A stretch of 64,000 nt of DNA from Squalus acanthias (taxonomy: Eukaryota): the NCBI GenBank assembly GCA_030390025.1, contig CM059432.1, positions 2,728,001 to 2,792,000 on the forward strand, written 5' to 3'. This document shows, piece after piece, positions 1 through 12,474 of this stretch; position 1 is the first letter of the stretch; every line of letters begins with the position of its first letter. The position numbers were made by a program, and so were the translations under genes. The notes below the pieces were generated by a model that saw only the letters and a program-made list of their open reading frames with translations, made no database searches and had not been told where the DNA came from.

Positions 1-120
1 CCCTATGATGTTTGTATTATCCTTGTTACGTGCGCCTCTAATTTCCTGATTTATACTCTGCTCTACATTACAACTACTGTTTGGGAGCCTATAAACAACT
101 CCCACCAATGTTTCTGCCCC
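1..120 (-). mobile_element. CR1 LINE ORF2 endonuclease-domain fragment
   Basis: Reverse strand reads LVGVVYRLPNSSCNVEQSINQEIRGA...IIG, the VGVxYRPP region of the APE domain. Confidence 0.7.
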
Positions 121-199
121 TCTTCTAATGAGAATGCAGTGGCCTGGAAAGGTTTGCCATTTATAGTTGGGTAAATGAAAGACTTGATGCAATAACATA

Positions 200-1370
200 C
201 AAGGAGGCTATTTGGCCCCTAACACCTGTGCCGGCTCTTTTGAAAGAGCTGTCCAATTTAGTGTCACACCCAGCTTTTTCCCCATAACGCTGCAAATTAG
301 TCCTCTTCAAGTACATGTCCAATAGCCTTTTGAAAGTTGCTATGCAATCTGATTCCACCACCCTTTCAGGTCGTCATTCCAGATCTTAACAACCCTGTGT
401 GTGAAGAGATTTCTCCTCATTTCCCCTCTAGTTCTTCTGCCATTTATTTTAAATCTGTGACCTCTGGTTACCGACCCCACTTGCCAAAGGAAATAGATTC
501 TCCCCACTTGCTTGATCAAAAAGCCTCATCATTTTGAACGCATCTGTTAGGTCTCCCCTTAACCTTTTCTGCTCTAAGGAGAACAATCCCAGCTTCTCCA
601 ACCTCTCCACATAACTGAAGTCCCTCATCCCTGTTATCAGTCTGGTAAACCTCCTCTGCGCCCTCTCCACGGTCTTGACATCCTTCCTAAAGTGTGGTGC
701 CCAGAATTGGACACAACACTCCAGCTGAGGCCGAACCAGAGATTTGTAAAGGTTTAGCACGACTTCCTTATTTTTGTATTCAGTGCCCCTATTTACAAAG
801 CCAGGTACCCCATAGGCTTTCTTAACCGCCTTATCAGCTTGCCCTGCCACCTTGAAAGATTTGTGAAGATGCACCCCCAGGACCCTCTGCTCTTTCACCC
901 CCCCCCCCCCCCCTCAAAATACCATTTAGATTATACTGCCTCTCCATGTTGTATCTCCCAAAGTGCACCACTTCACACTTCTCCCCATTAAACTGCATCC
1001 GCCGTGTGTCTGCCCATTTCACCAGTCTCTCCCCATTTCACCAGTCTCTCTCTCTGTCCTCTTGAAGTCTGCTACTGTCCTGCTCACTTTTTACTACATT
1101 GCCAAATTCTGTATCATCTGCAAACTTTGAAATTGTGCTCCCTTTACCCAAGTCCCAGGTCATTTATATATAACAGGAAAAGCAATGGTCCTCATACCGA
1201 CCCTTTGGTGACCCCACTGCATACTTCTCTCCAGTCAGAGAAGCATCCCTTCACCTCGACTCTCTGCCCCCTTTCCTCAGCCAACCACATACCCAGGTTA
1301 CCGCCGTCCCTTTAACACCATGTGCTTCTATATTCTGAATAAGTCTCGTTATGAAGTACTTTATCAAATT
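200..1370 (-). mobile_element. CR1 LINE 3' half, decayed
   Basis: ORF fragments QFNGEKCEVVHFGR and [24 protein letters not shown]; frameshifted; CR1 3' tail near 200-300. Confidence 0.9.
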
Positions 1371-1516
1371 TCAGATATGATCTTGGAACTATCCTGAATT
1401 TCCTGCCTGGATCAGTGCTGATGCTTTGTAATCAGTCAATAAGCTGAGTATCAGACTCTGAACATTCTTTACGCTGAAAGAGAATTTGTCAATATTTTAA
1501 GGATAGAAAAAGAAAG

Positions 1517-1735
1517 GCTTGCATTTCTATAGCGCCTTTCACGACCTTGGGACGTCCCAAAGCGCCTTACTGCCAATGAAGTACGTTTTTATTTTGAAGT
1601 GTAATGTAGGACGTGCGGCAGCCGATTCCTACATTACAACAGTGACGATACGTCAAAAAGTACTTGGTTGGCTTTAAAGCGTTTTGGAACATCCTGATAT
1701 TGTGATAGGTGCTATACGTGTATAAAATGTAAGTT
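1517..1735. mobile_element. Two DeuSINE 3' tails in opposite orientation
   Basis: Minus-strand tail (cttgcatttctatagcgcc...) joined at about 1625 to a plus-strand tail (cctacattacaacagtgac...aaatgtaag). Confidence 0.7.
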
Positions 1736-2117
1736 CTTTAGGTAGGGAAGCCTGTGAGATCAGTATAGCTCCCATAGGACAAAAAGAGAACTCTTTAAAA
1801 AGATGGGTTTTTTCTCCCTTATTTGGATCATGGTTTTATAGATAATGGGTTGAGCTATTTTCAAGCACTGAACAGCTAACTGGTGAGTAGTCTGGCATTC
1901 ACCAGATATAGACAAGGCATGAGATTTTACCGTTAACCCCACACATAGACGCATGTGTATCCGAAATGGCCACCAAGATATGAGGCATATTATCTGCATT
2001 GTGCCCATAGCAGAATTTCATTATGTTTTAACTCTGAATCAAACTCACTAAGATAAAGCCCCCCCCCTTGCCCCATCGCCCTCTGTATTTCTGTGCTGTT
2101 CATACTATGTATAATTT

Positions 2118-2350
2118 AGGCCAGAGATGAAGAGAAATTTCTTCACTCAGAGGGTGGTGAACCTGTGGAATTCTCTACCACAGAAGGCTGTGGAGGCCAA
2201 GTCACTGAATATATTTAAGAAGGAGATAGATAGATTTCTAGACACACAAGGCATCAAGGGGTATGGGGAGAGAGTGGGAATATGGTATTGAGATAGAGGA
2301 TCAGCCATGATCATATTGAATGGCCTACTCCTGCTCCTATGTTTCTATGT
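2118..2350 (+). mobile_element. CR1 LINE 3' end
   Basis: Encodes NFFTQRVVNLWNSLP and ends in the tail gaatggcctactcctgctcctatgtttctatg. Confidence 0.85.
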
Positions 2351-3494
2351 ATCTCAAAGTTAATTCTGTATTACACCTTCAAAAATCACGAGTCGTGGGA
2401 ACAACAGAAATAACTTGTGTGTTTTGGTTTCAAATTATTTCTCCTTCAGACCACAATGGGAAGCCGTTAAAATGATGGTGGGAATTGCTTCAGTTCCCTT
2501 TTCTGACTGTCGGTCAGTTGTGTTGAAAATCACGTTTTAACTTTTATTGTCTGCAGTAATACTCAAAGTCAAGTGCCAAAATAAAGCAGAAGGTAATTAC
2601 TCCCGCTCTGCTTTCCCTCAGATTGACCACAGATGCTAAACTTCTCTTTCAACACTTGAAAAAATATGAATAATTTCTTGTTTATGGCACAGTAGTTTTG
2701 ATTTTAACTCTTGCAAAATTGTTGTGTGTGTTTGGGGGGTGGGGGGGAGAGAATGATGCCCAAAGTTTTTTTTAAAGAAAATAAGAACTTTAATCAAGGG
2801 TGGCCGCAGGATGGGGAGATGATCTGTATCGTCAGGAAGTAGTGGGATCATAGCGTCATAAGTACATAAGAATTAGGAGCAGGAATCGGCCACACGGCCC
2901 CCCGAGCCTGCTCCGCCGTTCAATCCACCTCAACTTCACTTTCCCGCCCGGTCCCCATATGCCTTGATTCCCCTAGAGCCCAAAAATCTTTCTCTCTCAG
3001 CCTTGAATATACTCAAAGACTCAGCATTTAGTCCCACACCCCAGCTTTTTCCTCATGTGGGTTCAAGTCACTGTGGGGAAAGACAACTGGAGAGAGAGTC
3101 ATCTGGTTGCTTTTGTAGTTTGTTCAAAAGCAGTAATATATTGGGAGGGGTGGGGGTGGGGGGTGCAGGTACAGTAACCTGGTGGTTATGGTAATGGGGC
3201 CACAACCCAGAGGCGGTCGACTTCAGATCCTGCCGTGGCAAATGGTGAAACTGAATCCAATAAATCTAGCTGCTTGTGGGCAAGCAGCAGCAAATGACCA
3301 TGAAGCTGCCCTTTTGTCATTAAAAACCCAACTAGTTCACACATGTCTCACCTCCACCTGGCCAGGCCTGCCAGATCCTCACTATCTATCTGGCTGACGC
3401 TTAATGCCCTTGGGGCTACCCGGGAAGGGCAATAAACACTACCTTGCAATGGCAGATACTGAGCATCGGTTTCCTGCTCTCATAAAAAGAAAAA

Positions 3495-3840
3495 AACTTG
3501 CATTTCTATAGCGCCTTTCATGACCTCATGACGTCTCAACGCAATTTACAGCCAATAAAGTGCTTTTGAAGTGTAGTCACTGTTGTAATGAAGGAAACGC
3601 AGCAGCTAATTTACGCACAGCAAGCTCCCACAAACAGCAACGTAATAATGACCAGATAATCTGTTTTAGTGATGTTGGTTGAGGGATAAATATTGGCCCC
3701 AGGACATCGGGGAGAACTCCCCTGCTCCTCCTCGAAATAGTGCCATGGGATCTTTTACGTCCACCTGAGAGAGCAGACAGGGCCTCGGTTTACCAGCACC
3801 TCAGACAGTGCAGCACTCCCTCAAGTGGTGCATTCCCTCT
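3495..3840 (-). mobile_element. DeuSINE (SacSINE1/AmnSINE1-like), partial
   Basis: Deu-domain-like core and L2-type tail matching the full-length copies. Confidence 0.8.
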
Positions 3841-3889
3841 GAGCCCAGGTGAGGCAAAGTTAGAATGTAACACTCCTTCAAAGAGGGGA

Positions 3890-4280
3890 TCTCCTTGGAG
3901 CAGACAAGGTTAAGGGAAGATTTAATAGAGGTGTTCGAAATGATGAAGGGTTTTGATAGAGCAGATAAGGAGAAACTATTTCCAGTGGCAGAAGGGCCAG
4001 AGGACACAGATTTAAGGTAATTGGCAAAAGAACCAGAGGGGCGATGAGAATTTTTTTAACATAGCAAGTTATGATCTGGAATGTACTGCCTGAAAGGATT
4101 GTAGAAGCAGATTTAATAGTAACTTTCAAAAGGGAATTGGATAAATACTTGAAGGGGAGAAATTTGCAGGGCTATGGGGAAAGAGCTAAGAGAGTGAGAC
4201 TAATTGGAGAGCTCTTTCAAAGAGCCGGCACAGGCACGATGGGCCGAATGCCCTCCTGTGCTGTATCATTCTATGATCTC
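3890..4280 (+). mobile_element. CR1 LINE 3' end
   Basis: WNVLPERIVEAD...FKRELDKYLK, followed by the gggccgaatg...ctatga tail. Confidence 0.85.
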
Positions 4281-4944
4281 AATTTATTGTGACCATCTGT
4301 GTGATTTTTGAACTCAAACTCAAAGGAAATTGTCCCTTTGCCATTGTTTAACTTCAGCATTGTACATGTGTGTATGCAAGATAAGAGACTACAACATCCA
4401 GCTGAAGGTATCTATCTCGCTTCTGAAGTAATCAGCTCGCAATGTGTCACATATCCAAAAATGTGTCGTATAATGTGCAGGGAATTGGTATTTTGGAGTT
4501 GCTCTGAACTCCAACTATTAACTCCTTAACTTTCTCGGCATTATTCAGAGATGTACACACCTGTTTTCATGTCCAGGTGGTTGTAATGTTGATGCAGATA
4601 TTCAGCAAAAATGGCAGTTTGTCTTGGAATTATCATCTTGTTGTCTGTGTGTTTATTTTCTTGTCTGGAACGGATTACGTTCCCTCAATAATGAGGAGCT
4701 TGTTTTCGTATCCCGTTCTGGGATATTGTGAACATAAGAACATAACATGAGAAATAGTAGCAGGCGTAGGCCATGCAGCCCCTCGAGCCTGCTCCACCAT
4801 TCAATATGGTCATGGCTGATCTTCGACCTCAACTCCACTGACCTCAACTCCACTTCTCTTTCCCCCCCCTGGCCTCCCCCGATCCCCATATCCCTTGATT
4901 CCCCCTAGAGTCCATAAATCTATCGACCTCCGATGGAATGCGCC

Positions 4945-5352
4945 GCTGGCATAGCCAGCATTTATTGCCCACCCTTAATTACCCTTCAGAAGGTGGCGGT
5001 GAGCCGCAGCCTCATGTTCTTGAACCGCTGCAGTCGGTCTTCTTTGTAGCGGTTTGGTACAACTGAGTGACTTTCTAAGTTAAGAGTCAACCACATTGCT
5101 GCGAATCTGGAGTCACATATCTGCCAGACCGGGTAAGGACGACAGATTTCCTTCCCTAAAGTCAACCAGATGGGATTTTACAACAGTCCGGTAGTTTCAC
5201 AGTCCCCATTACTGATACTAGCTTTTTATTCCAGATTTATTTATTTAATTGAATTTAAATTCCCCAGCTGCCGTGGTGGGATTTGAACTCATGTCTCCAG
5301 ATCATTAGTCCAGGCCTCTGGATTACTAGCCCAGTAACATAAACGCTATGTT
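4945..5352 (-). mobile_element. tRNA-derived SINE, family 2
   Basis: Reverse strand has a head with a B-box-like gagttcaaatccc; the tail is shared with LINE family 3; similar to 7780-8190 and 29373-29905. Confidence 0.75.
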
Positions 5353-5494
5353 ATCAGAGGAATCTAGTTACACTGAGACCGCAGTCGCTAAATATTAATG
5401 GGAAATAAATATGAAGGCGACACAAGGAGGGTTTGAAGAATGTTGAAAATTTGATTCTAGTTTTTGATTCTACTTTGTTTCTTTTAACCACCAG

Positions 5495-5551
5495 AGTCGA
5501 GCCAAGCACGAAGACCCGGAACAACTTCGGTTAAAACAAAGAGCCAAAGAG
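5495..5551 (+). CDS. TAF4B: TAF4-family (probably TAF4B) internal coding exon, 57 nt
   Basis: Pyrimidine tract and CCAG acceptor (5491-5494); translates as SRAKHEDPEQLRLKQRAKE; GTGAGC donor at 5552. Matches the TAF4/TAF4B motif EDPEQLRLKQKAKE. The family call is firm, the paralog call less so. Confidence 0.9.
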
Positions 5552-7779
5552 GTGAGCTTAGCGCGATTTACCTTTCACTTATTTTTATTTCTGTTGGCTT
5601 TTTTTTTTTGCGAATGGAGTTTTTTTTTTTGGCTGCAGTCTCCTGGTATTTAGGTCAGGGTTTTGTGCAGTCGTTGCATGCCATTTTCTGTGGGGGGGCC
5701 TGGGGCAAGGACAGGAACCGCTGAAGGCAAGGGCGACACATCAAACAAGGTCATCACGGGGAGGAGGGAATGGGTGTTGCTTCATCATAGCGTTCTGTTT
5801 TTTAAAAAAAAAGAGAAAAAGTTATCTGAGGAATTCCAGCTGTACGTCGGATAATTGAGAACTGAATTTAATTCTTGCATTAAAGTTCAGGATTTGTTAT
5901 TTGGGAATATCACAATGGGCTACATATTTTAGGATAAATGCTCATTTTGTAAATCTGTTACTGCTTATAATTCTTGGGCTCAGAGGCGGAACTGGGATTT
6001 AGTTGTAAAACGGAAAGTGCCTCTGGCTTTTAATTTTCTAAGCCCAGCAGTTTTTCTTTCTGTTCTGTGATGGAGCCCTTGTTTCACACAGTTCATGTTT
6101 AGCTGGAGGGGTTTTTATTTTGTAGCTTTAGACTGGTTTAAGCTTTTACTCCCAGAGGGGCCAGCACAGCAACGGCAGAAACCAACAAATAGGTTCATTT
6201 TATGTCTGCCGCTGAAACGCAGTAGCCCACTTTCGCATTTTCCCAATATCCATTTCCTGGCGCTCGTTGCCCGCGAGGAAAACCTCCACTAATTGGACCC
6301 TATTTTAATTGAGCCTTAATATTGGAGCTCACTAGTTGTTTGGCCCCCGGCAGTCGGGGAATGGAAGCAAATGAAAGTGCCCAACATTCGCGCTGTGTGT
6401 GTGAAATTTTTCACTTGACCTACAGATTCCTGTCCCTGCTGAATAAATCATCAAGCCTGTTCGCGTTTCGTGATTAAAGATTTGACGACAGATGCTAATA
6501 AAGACAATGCTAGTGTTTGATGAAGGCTACAGCGCTGAAGGAATTAGTTTCCATGGACACCCCCCCAGCCCCCCAGCTAATAAAACAACTGTGGCTCAAA
6601 CTAATACTTTTTTTTTTTGAAGTAGCCCTTTATGTTTTAATATTCTCCCTGAAAAATTGAATGTGTTGGGTAGTTAGCTTTGTGCGCTGACTCTTTATTC
6701 CTCGACAGAGCAGACTTGTCTCTTTAATCGAGCACTGCTTGCCGTACCTAGCCCGCCATTCAGAACACCTGTCTTTTGTTTTTCTTGCGCGCAACCACTG
6801 CTACTTCAGAACTGCCTGGAAGGCTTTGATGTTCAATTTATTTCCTTATTGATCGGACGTGAACAAGTTTCCTTCTGAAGCTTGGCAACTCCAACTTGGT
6901 AACTGAACAGCAAAATGATGTACAAGAAGCATCTGCTGTTGTCACGGACAAAATAAAGACCCTTTCCGGCTTTCATCAGACTCCGATTTTGTATTGGCAC
7001 AACCCAGTATTATTTTCCTCCTCCCCATTTGTTTCGTTAGTTCTCTTTTTTTTAAAAAAACCCCCAACTTATTTAACACTCGAGGCAGGAAGGGGAAGGG
7101 GATTTTCAGGTGCATGTGGTTCTGAGGAGGAAGGGCCAGGCAGGCAGGCTCTCTGAATCTTTGTTTATTAAAACTGGGACGTAACGGCTTCTTTCTAGTA
7201 ATTCTGCATCCCAAACCGAGGCTCCTTTTAATAGTCCAGCTACAGAATTAACCCAGAGTGCGAGAGCGGTGTTCGTTCTCCTTTTTCCCCCGTCCCACTC
7301 TGCCTCACCCCACCCCACTTCTCCCCTGTGTGAAGGAGCGCTTATCTTGGACTTGGCGGCACAGTTGAAATTTGAGACTTGAAATTTTGTGCAGAATTGA
7401 CTGCAACTTGTCTTGTACCTCCTGTGTGTTACGGCATGCACCACCACTTGAAATAAGCGTTCAAGGCAATCTACTGAGAATCATTCGGCCCGTCGAGCCC
7501 ATGCCGGCTCTCTGCAACAGCTCTTCAGCTAGTCCCCCGCCCTTTCCCCGTAGCCCCGCAAATTTTTTCCCTTCAGGTACTTATCCAATTCCCTTTTTGA
7601 AAGCCGCGATTGAATCTGCCTCCACCGCCCTTTCAGGCAGTGCATTCCAGAGCCTAACCACTCGCTGCGTACTTGTGCCAGATTTTTGCCATGACTAAGC
7701 TAATGTTTTAAATGCAAATGATGGTGTATCTGATTGTGAATCTGATGTACGCCAAGCTTCCCGTGCAAAGTTTTTTTTA

Positions 7780-8190
7780 ATTATTCGTTCATGGGATGTG
7801 GGCGTCGCTGGCAAGGCCGGCATTTATTGCCCATCCCTCATTGCCCTTGAGAAGGTGGTGGTCAGCTGCAGTCCTTTTGTGCAACTGCTCACTCGCTCGG
7901 CCATTTCAGAGGGAAGTTAAGAGTCAATCACATTGCTGTGGGTCTGGAGTCACACATAGGCCAGACCGGGTAAGGACGGCAGATTTCCTTCCCTAAAGGA
8001 CATTAGTGAACCAGGTGGGTTTTTACGACAGTCCGGTAGTTACATGGTCGCTACTGGCGTTTTAATCCAGATTGACTGAATTGAATTTAAATTCCCCAGC
8101 TGCTGTGGTGGGATTTGAACTCGTGTCTCCGGATTATTAGTCCAGGCCTCTGGATTACTAGTCCAGTAACATAACCACTATGCTACCGTA
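7780..8190 (-). mobile_element. tRNA-derived SINE, family 2, near full length
   Basis: Reverse-strand head ggtagcatagtggtta...gagttcaaatccc; tail gggcaataaatgccggccttgccagcgacgcccacatccc. Confidence 0.8.
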
Positions 8191-8944
8191 ACCTTCAACT
8201 TCAATACACCATCATTTGGAGTCATTTTGCGTTTAAAACATTAGCTTAGTCATGGTATGAATTACCAGGCGAAAATCCAACGCAGGGCAGAAAGGTACAC
8301 CGGTAGATTGCCGCTGCATTGAAGGCTTATTTCAAGTAAGGGTGAATATTTCAACTGATTGGGTTTCTGGGAAGACCCAAAATGGCCTTCAAGGTGGGAT
8401 TGGAATCTGTCTTGGTCATTCAAATTTAGACTGGAGGTGCTCCTGTTGGGCGTTCATACTCTCTGGAATTATGGTTCCACCTTGTGACCTCTGTAAACCT
8501 ACTCTGCTCTGATGATTAGGGTTTCACGAACTAATGGCCAGATTATCTTCCCACAGAGTTTAGTATTGTGCTCACTTATTCTCAAAAGGCTGATTTACTT
8601 CACGGTTGTTCTTGGAAGTGGCCCACGGCTCGGAGGTTGAATTTTTCCTGCAGAAGAGTTAATGAGAAGAGCCTGCAGGCTGATCCACGATTGCCATTTC
8701 ATTCCTCCTCCAGAATAGCTGTGTAGCTATCAGGAAAGATTGAGCAGGCTGGGGCTCTTTGTCTAGAATAGAGAAGGCTGAGGGGTGGCCTAATGGATGG
8801 CCTTTATGAAGGGGTTCGATAGGGTAGACGTAGAGAACATATTTCAACTTGTGCGAAGTCCAAAACTGGGGGTCATAACTAGAAGACAGTCACTAATAAA
8901 TCCAATAAAGAATTCAGGAGAAGCGTCTTTAGAATGATGGAATA

Positions 8945-9250
8945 AAATCATAGAATGGTTGCAGCACAGAAGAAGGCCATTCGGCCCGTCAAGCCCATGC
9001 CGGCTCTCTGCAAGAGCACTTCAGCTAGTCCCACTCCCCCACCCTTTCCCCGTAACCCTGCAAAAAAAATTCCTTCAGGTACTTATCCAACTCCCTTTTG
9101 AAAGCTGTGATTGAGTCTGCCTCCACCACCTTTTCAGGCAGTGCATTCCAGATCCTAACCACTCGCTGCGTAAAAAAGTTTTTCCTCATGTCGCTTTTGG
9201 TTCTTTTGCCAATCACCTTAAATCTGTGGCCTCTGGTTCTCGATCCTTCC
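8945..9250 (-). mobile_element. CR1 LINE 3' end
   Basis: TRGHRFKVIGKRTKSDMRKNFFTQRVVRIWNALPE. Confidence 0.88.
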
Positions 9251-9284
9251 GCTAAACACAGAGCACCAGCATTAATACCCCTCC

Positions 9285-9404
9285 CCAGGCCTCGGTGGGT
9301 GGATGCCCTTCTAACCAGACCTCGGTGGGTGGATGCCCTTCGACCCAGGCCTCGGTGGGTGGATGCCCTTCGACCCAGGCCTCGGTGGGTGAATGCCCTT
9401 CGAC
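9285..9404. repeat. Minisatellite, 4 x 30 bp
   Basis: Unit ccaggcctcggtgggtggatgcccttcgac starting at 9285, 9315, 9345 and 9375. Confidence 0.95.
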
Positions 9405-9617
9405 CCAGAGTTGTGAGAATGTGGAACTCACTACCACATGGAGTAGTTGAGGCGAATAGCATAGATGCATTTTCAAGGAGGCTAGATAAAAACATGAGGG
9501 AGAAAGGAATCAAAGGATGTGTTGATGGGGTGAGATGAAGTCGGGTGCGAGGAGGCTCGTGTGGAGCATATAAATGCCACCTGTTGGGCCGAATGGCCTG
9601 TTTCTGTGCTGTAAATT
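9403..9617 (+). mobile_element. CR1 LINE 3' end just upstream of an exon
   Basis: RVVRMWNSLPHGVVEANSIDAF followed by the gggccgaatggcctgtttctgtgctgtaa tail. Confidence 0.85.
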
Positions 9618-9663
9618 TTACCTAGCTTTAGAAAAATAACGCAGCATTCTTGCTTTTGAACAG

Positions 9664-9783
9664 ATGCAACAATTGGAACTTGCACAGTTGCAGCAGCGGG
9701 AAGCCAATCTGGCAGCACTGGCCGCCATTGGGCCAAGGAAAAGGAAAACTCCTGATTCGCCGGGTCTCGGAACAGGAAATGAG
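9664..9783 (+). CDS. TAF4B: TAF4-family (probably TAF4B) penultimate coding exon, 120 nt
   Basis: CAG acceptor at 9661-9663; translates as MQQLELAQLQQREANLAALAAIGPRKRKTPDSPGLGTGNE; GT donor at 9784. Contains the TAF4 hallmark AN-x-x-ALAAIGPRK; phase 0 at both ends. Confidence 0.92.
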
Positions 9784-10077
9784 GTACAGTACACCATGTT
9801 GCTCTTCCATTCTGGCCCACCAAGGAGTTTAAAGGAAGGCTTTTCCCCCATTTACTTTCCTCGAGTCCGATGTCGTCGTGTTGTATAAACTGCTTCTCGT
9901 GGGCACGTCAGAACTTTCTCCACTTTTTTTTTTAAGACTGGAAAGACCAAAACCATCCATTTCGGCGTGCTCCACAAACTCCGTGTCCCAGTGTCCGATT
10001 CCATCCCCAGCTTCCCACTCCGGCTGAACCCAACGCGCGCAGCCCTGTTTGGTGAATCAGTGGGTTTGGAGCTCAAA

Positions 10078-10492
10078 ACAACAACAACTTCTTTAATTTA
10101 TACAGCGCCTTTACCGTAGTAAAACGTCCCAAGGCGCTTCACAGGAATGATTATCAAACAAAATTTGGCACCGAGCCACAGCATGAGATATTAGGACAGG
10201 TGACCAAAAGCTTGTTCAGAGGTTGGTTTTAGGAAGCGCCTTAAAGGAGGGGGGAGAGAGGTAGAGGCGGAGAGGTTTAGGGAAGCAATTCCAGAGCTTA
10301 GGACCCGGGCAGCTGAAGGCACGACCGCCAATGGTGGAGCGATTAAAATCGGGGATGCGCAAGAGGGCAGAATTGGAGGAGCGCAGAGATCTCGGAGGGT
10401 TGTGGGGCTGGAGGAGGTTACAGAGATGGGGAGGGGGCGAGGCCATGGAAGGATTTGAAAACAAGGATGAGAATTTTAAAATCGAGGCGTTA
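10078..10492 (-). mobile_element. L2 LINE 3' end
   Basis: RSTIGGRAFSCPGPKLWNCFPKPLR (L2 C-terminus) and an aagttgttgttg tail on the reverse strand. Confidence 0.85.
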
Positions 10493-11589
10493 CTTAACCT
10501 GAACCATTTATGTGTTTTTACATAATATATGCTTCAAGTTGGAGCCAAGTCAGAGGTGTGACGCTGTCCGGCTTTGGGTGCATTTCTAAACTGCTTGATT
10601 CCTCAATTTCAGTGTTGTAGCTTTCTCTCTCGGGGAAGGAGAATAATCCTTTTCTGAAATAATAATGGCAAAAAAACGCCTTTCAGAAATGTTGATGTTT
10701 GATTGCATGTGTTATTTTAGATGTGCTGCAGAGATTTTTGATGGGAATATGTCTGGTTAACTCTCTCCTGAATATTTCATGTCTTGCAGTTTAAGTCCTT
10801 CAAAGCTGATTTTCTTTTTTTGCCGTATCTGCTGGTACTTGTGAGAAGCGTTCTTCATTTTGTTTCTTTGTTTGAATGCTTGAACGACCCAATGGTTTGA
10901 AAAATTTTATTGCTGGGCCTATCTTAATCTCTCAAAACAGAATACAAGATTATTTTAAATTTGTTCGAAAAACACTTGATCTTAAAGGAGATTCGATAGA
11001 CTGAAGAGCAAGCCTGAAGAGAACCGAGACGTGAATGTTTGCGATATCTTTGTTCCGTTCTGTGTAATTTTTTTTTAAGCCTTTGTGTTCCATTTCCCAT
11101 TCAGTGGTTTTTGATTTACTTTCTTTGCTGCGCAGCATTTTTCTAAAAAAAAAAAAATTACTGTGGCTCTTCCGCATTCCGTTTTTTTAGTCTTGTCTTG
11201 GTGCTGGCATTGCAGTTGGTTTTGTGAGAGAGCTTGACCTGATTTTTCTTTCACCGTGCTATTGAATGCGTTTGGCTCCTTTCTTGCTGAAGTTGCTTAA
11301 AGATCCATTCAGTTGAATTTTGACTACATTTGCCTTGTGGTCTGGTATATTCAGTATCAGCCTCTACTCTGAATAAAGGGTGGAACAAAAGGGGGGTGGG
11401 GAAATTGGCAGGGCTGCGCGGAAAGGGCAGGAGAGTGGGACGAGCTGAAGTGCTCTTGCAGAGAGCCGACACGGACCGAATGGCCTCCTTCTCTGCTGTA
11501 ACCATTCTCTGATTCTATGAAAAAATGGCCATTCAGCCCGTTCTTTCCACAGATCAGACCATTTGCCTCATCATGGACTGTACCCAATT

Positions 11590-11865
11590 CCAAGTGATTG
11601 GTAGAAGGATTAGAGGGGAGTTGAGAATTATTTTCACCCAGAGGGTGGTGGGGGTCTGGAACTCTCTGCCTGAAAGGGTGGTAGAGGCAGAAACCCTCAT
11701 CGCATTTAAAAAGTACTTGGATATGCACATGAAGTGCCGTAACCGACAGGGCCACGGACCAAGAGCTGGAAAGTGGGATTAGGCTGGATAGCTCTTTTTC
11801 GGCTGGCACAGACACGATGGGCCGAGTGGCCTCCTTCTGTGCCGTAAACTTCTATGATTCTATGA
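11590..11865 (+). mobile_element. CR1 LINE 3' end
   Basis: FTQRVVGVWNSLPERVVEAETLIAFKKYLD; tail ends ttctatgattctatga. Confidence 0.88.
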
Positions 11866-11921
11866 ATGGGTCTTCCCAAGGGAAGGTTCCACAAAGATTC
11901 CCCCTTGCCTCCAAAGGTAGT

Positions 11922-12388
11922 TGTGAATCAGCCACCTTACCTTTGGTTCTGGCAGTATGGCTTCGAATAAGCAGGCGACAGTTAAGTGTATGGAACAGAC
12001 TTTATTCATATAAAGACGACCAGTCCATACGATACAAAGGGGAGCAATTCAGGGTTCTCTCGCTCCTGCCAGCTGACCAAGCCCTGCAACTTCACCCTCT
12101 TTATGCACTGGTTGTTTACCATAAAGATGGTATTTCATGCGTAGACAGACCGTAATACCTCCCGACTTATACTATGGACTACAGTTCTACATTAATCACT
12201 CGTGATCGATGTCTGTTCTCGCCAGCACTCCCTTGCATTCTAGTTGATGAGCAGACATCTGGAGTGGAACAGAACCCCTTTATTCATGTTCCACGTTAGT
12301 GTTTCCCAGGCAACCAGCTGGTCCACAGACCAGTTGTGGTAACTAGTTTAGTTTGGTTATTAACCCTCAACTCCAACATGACCCAACA
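11922..12388 (-). mobile_element. Candidate solo LTR
   Basis: TG...CA termini; 5-bp flanks gtagt/ttagt (4 of 5 match); on the minus strand a TATA-like cataaa is followed by AATAAA about 80 bp before the end. Confidence 0.4.
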
Positions 12389-12474
12389 TTAGTCAAGTGA
12401 AACTCCAGAATATCTATCCAACTTCACAATCTGCGTCAGTACTCGTTGAGCATATTTGTAGAGTCGCAGCAAAT

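Noticed and set aside
1..5494. Upstream TAF4 exons (histone-fold region)
   Set aside because: I recognised no matching peptide; these exons probably lie before the window.
9784..9888. ORF extension VQYTMLLFHSG... after the TAF4 exon
   Set aside because: It lies past the GT donor at 9784, and TAF4 homology continues at 48629 instead.
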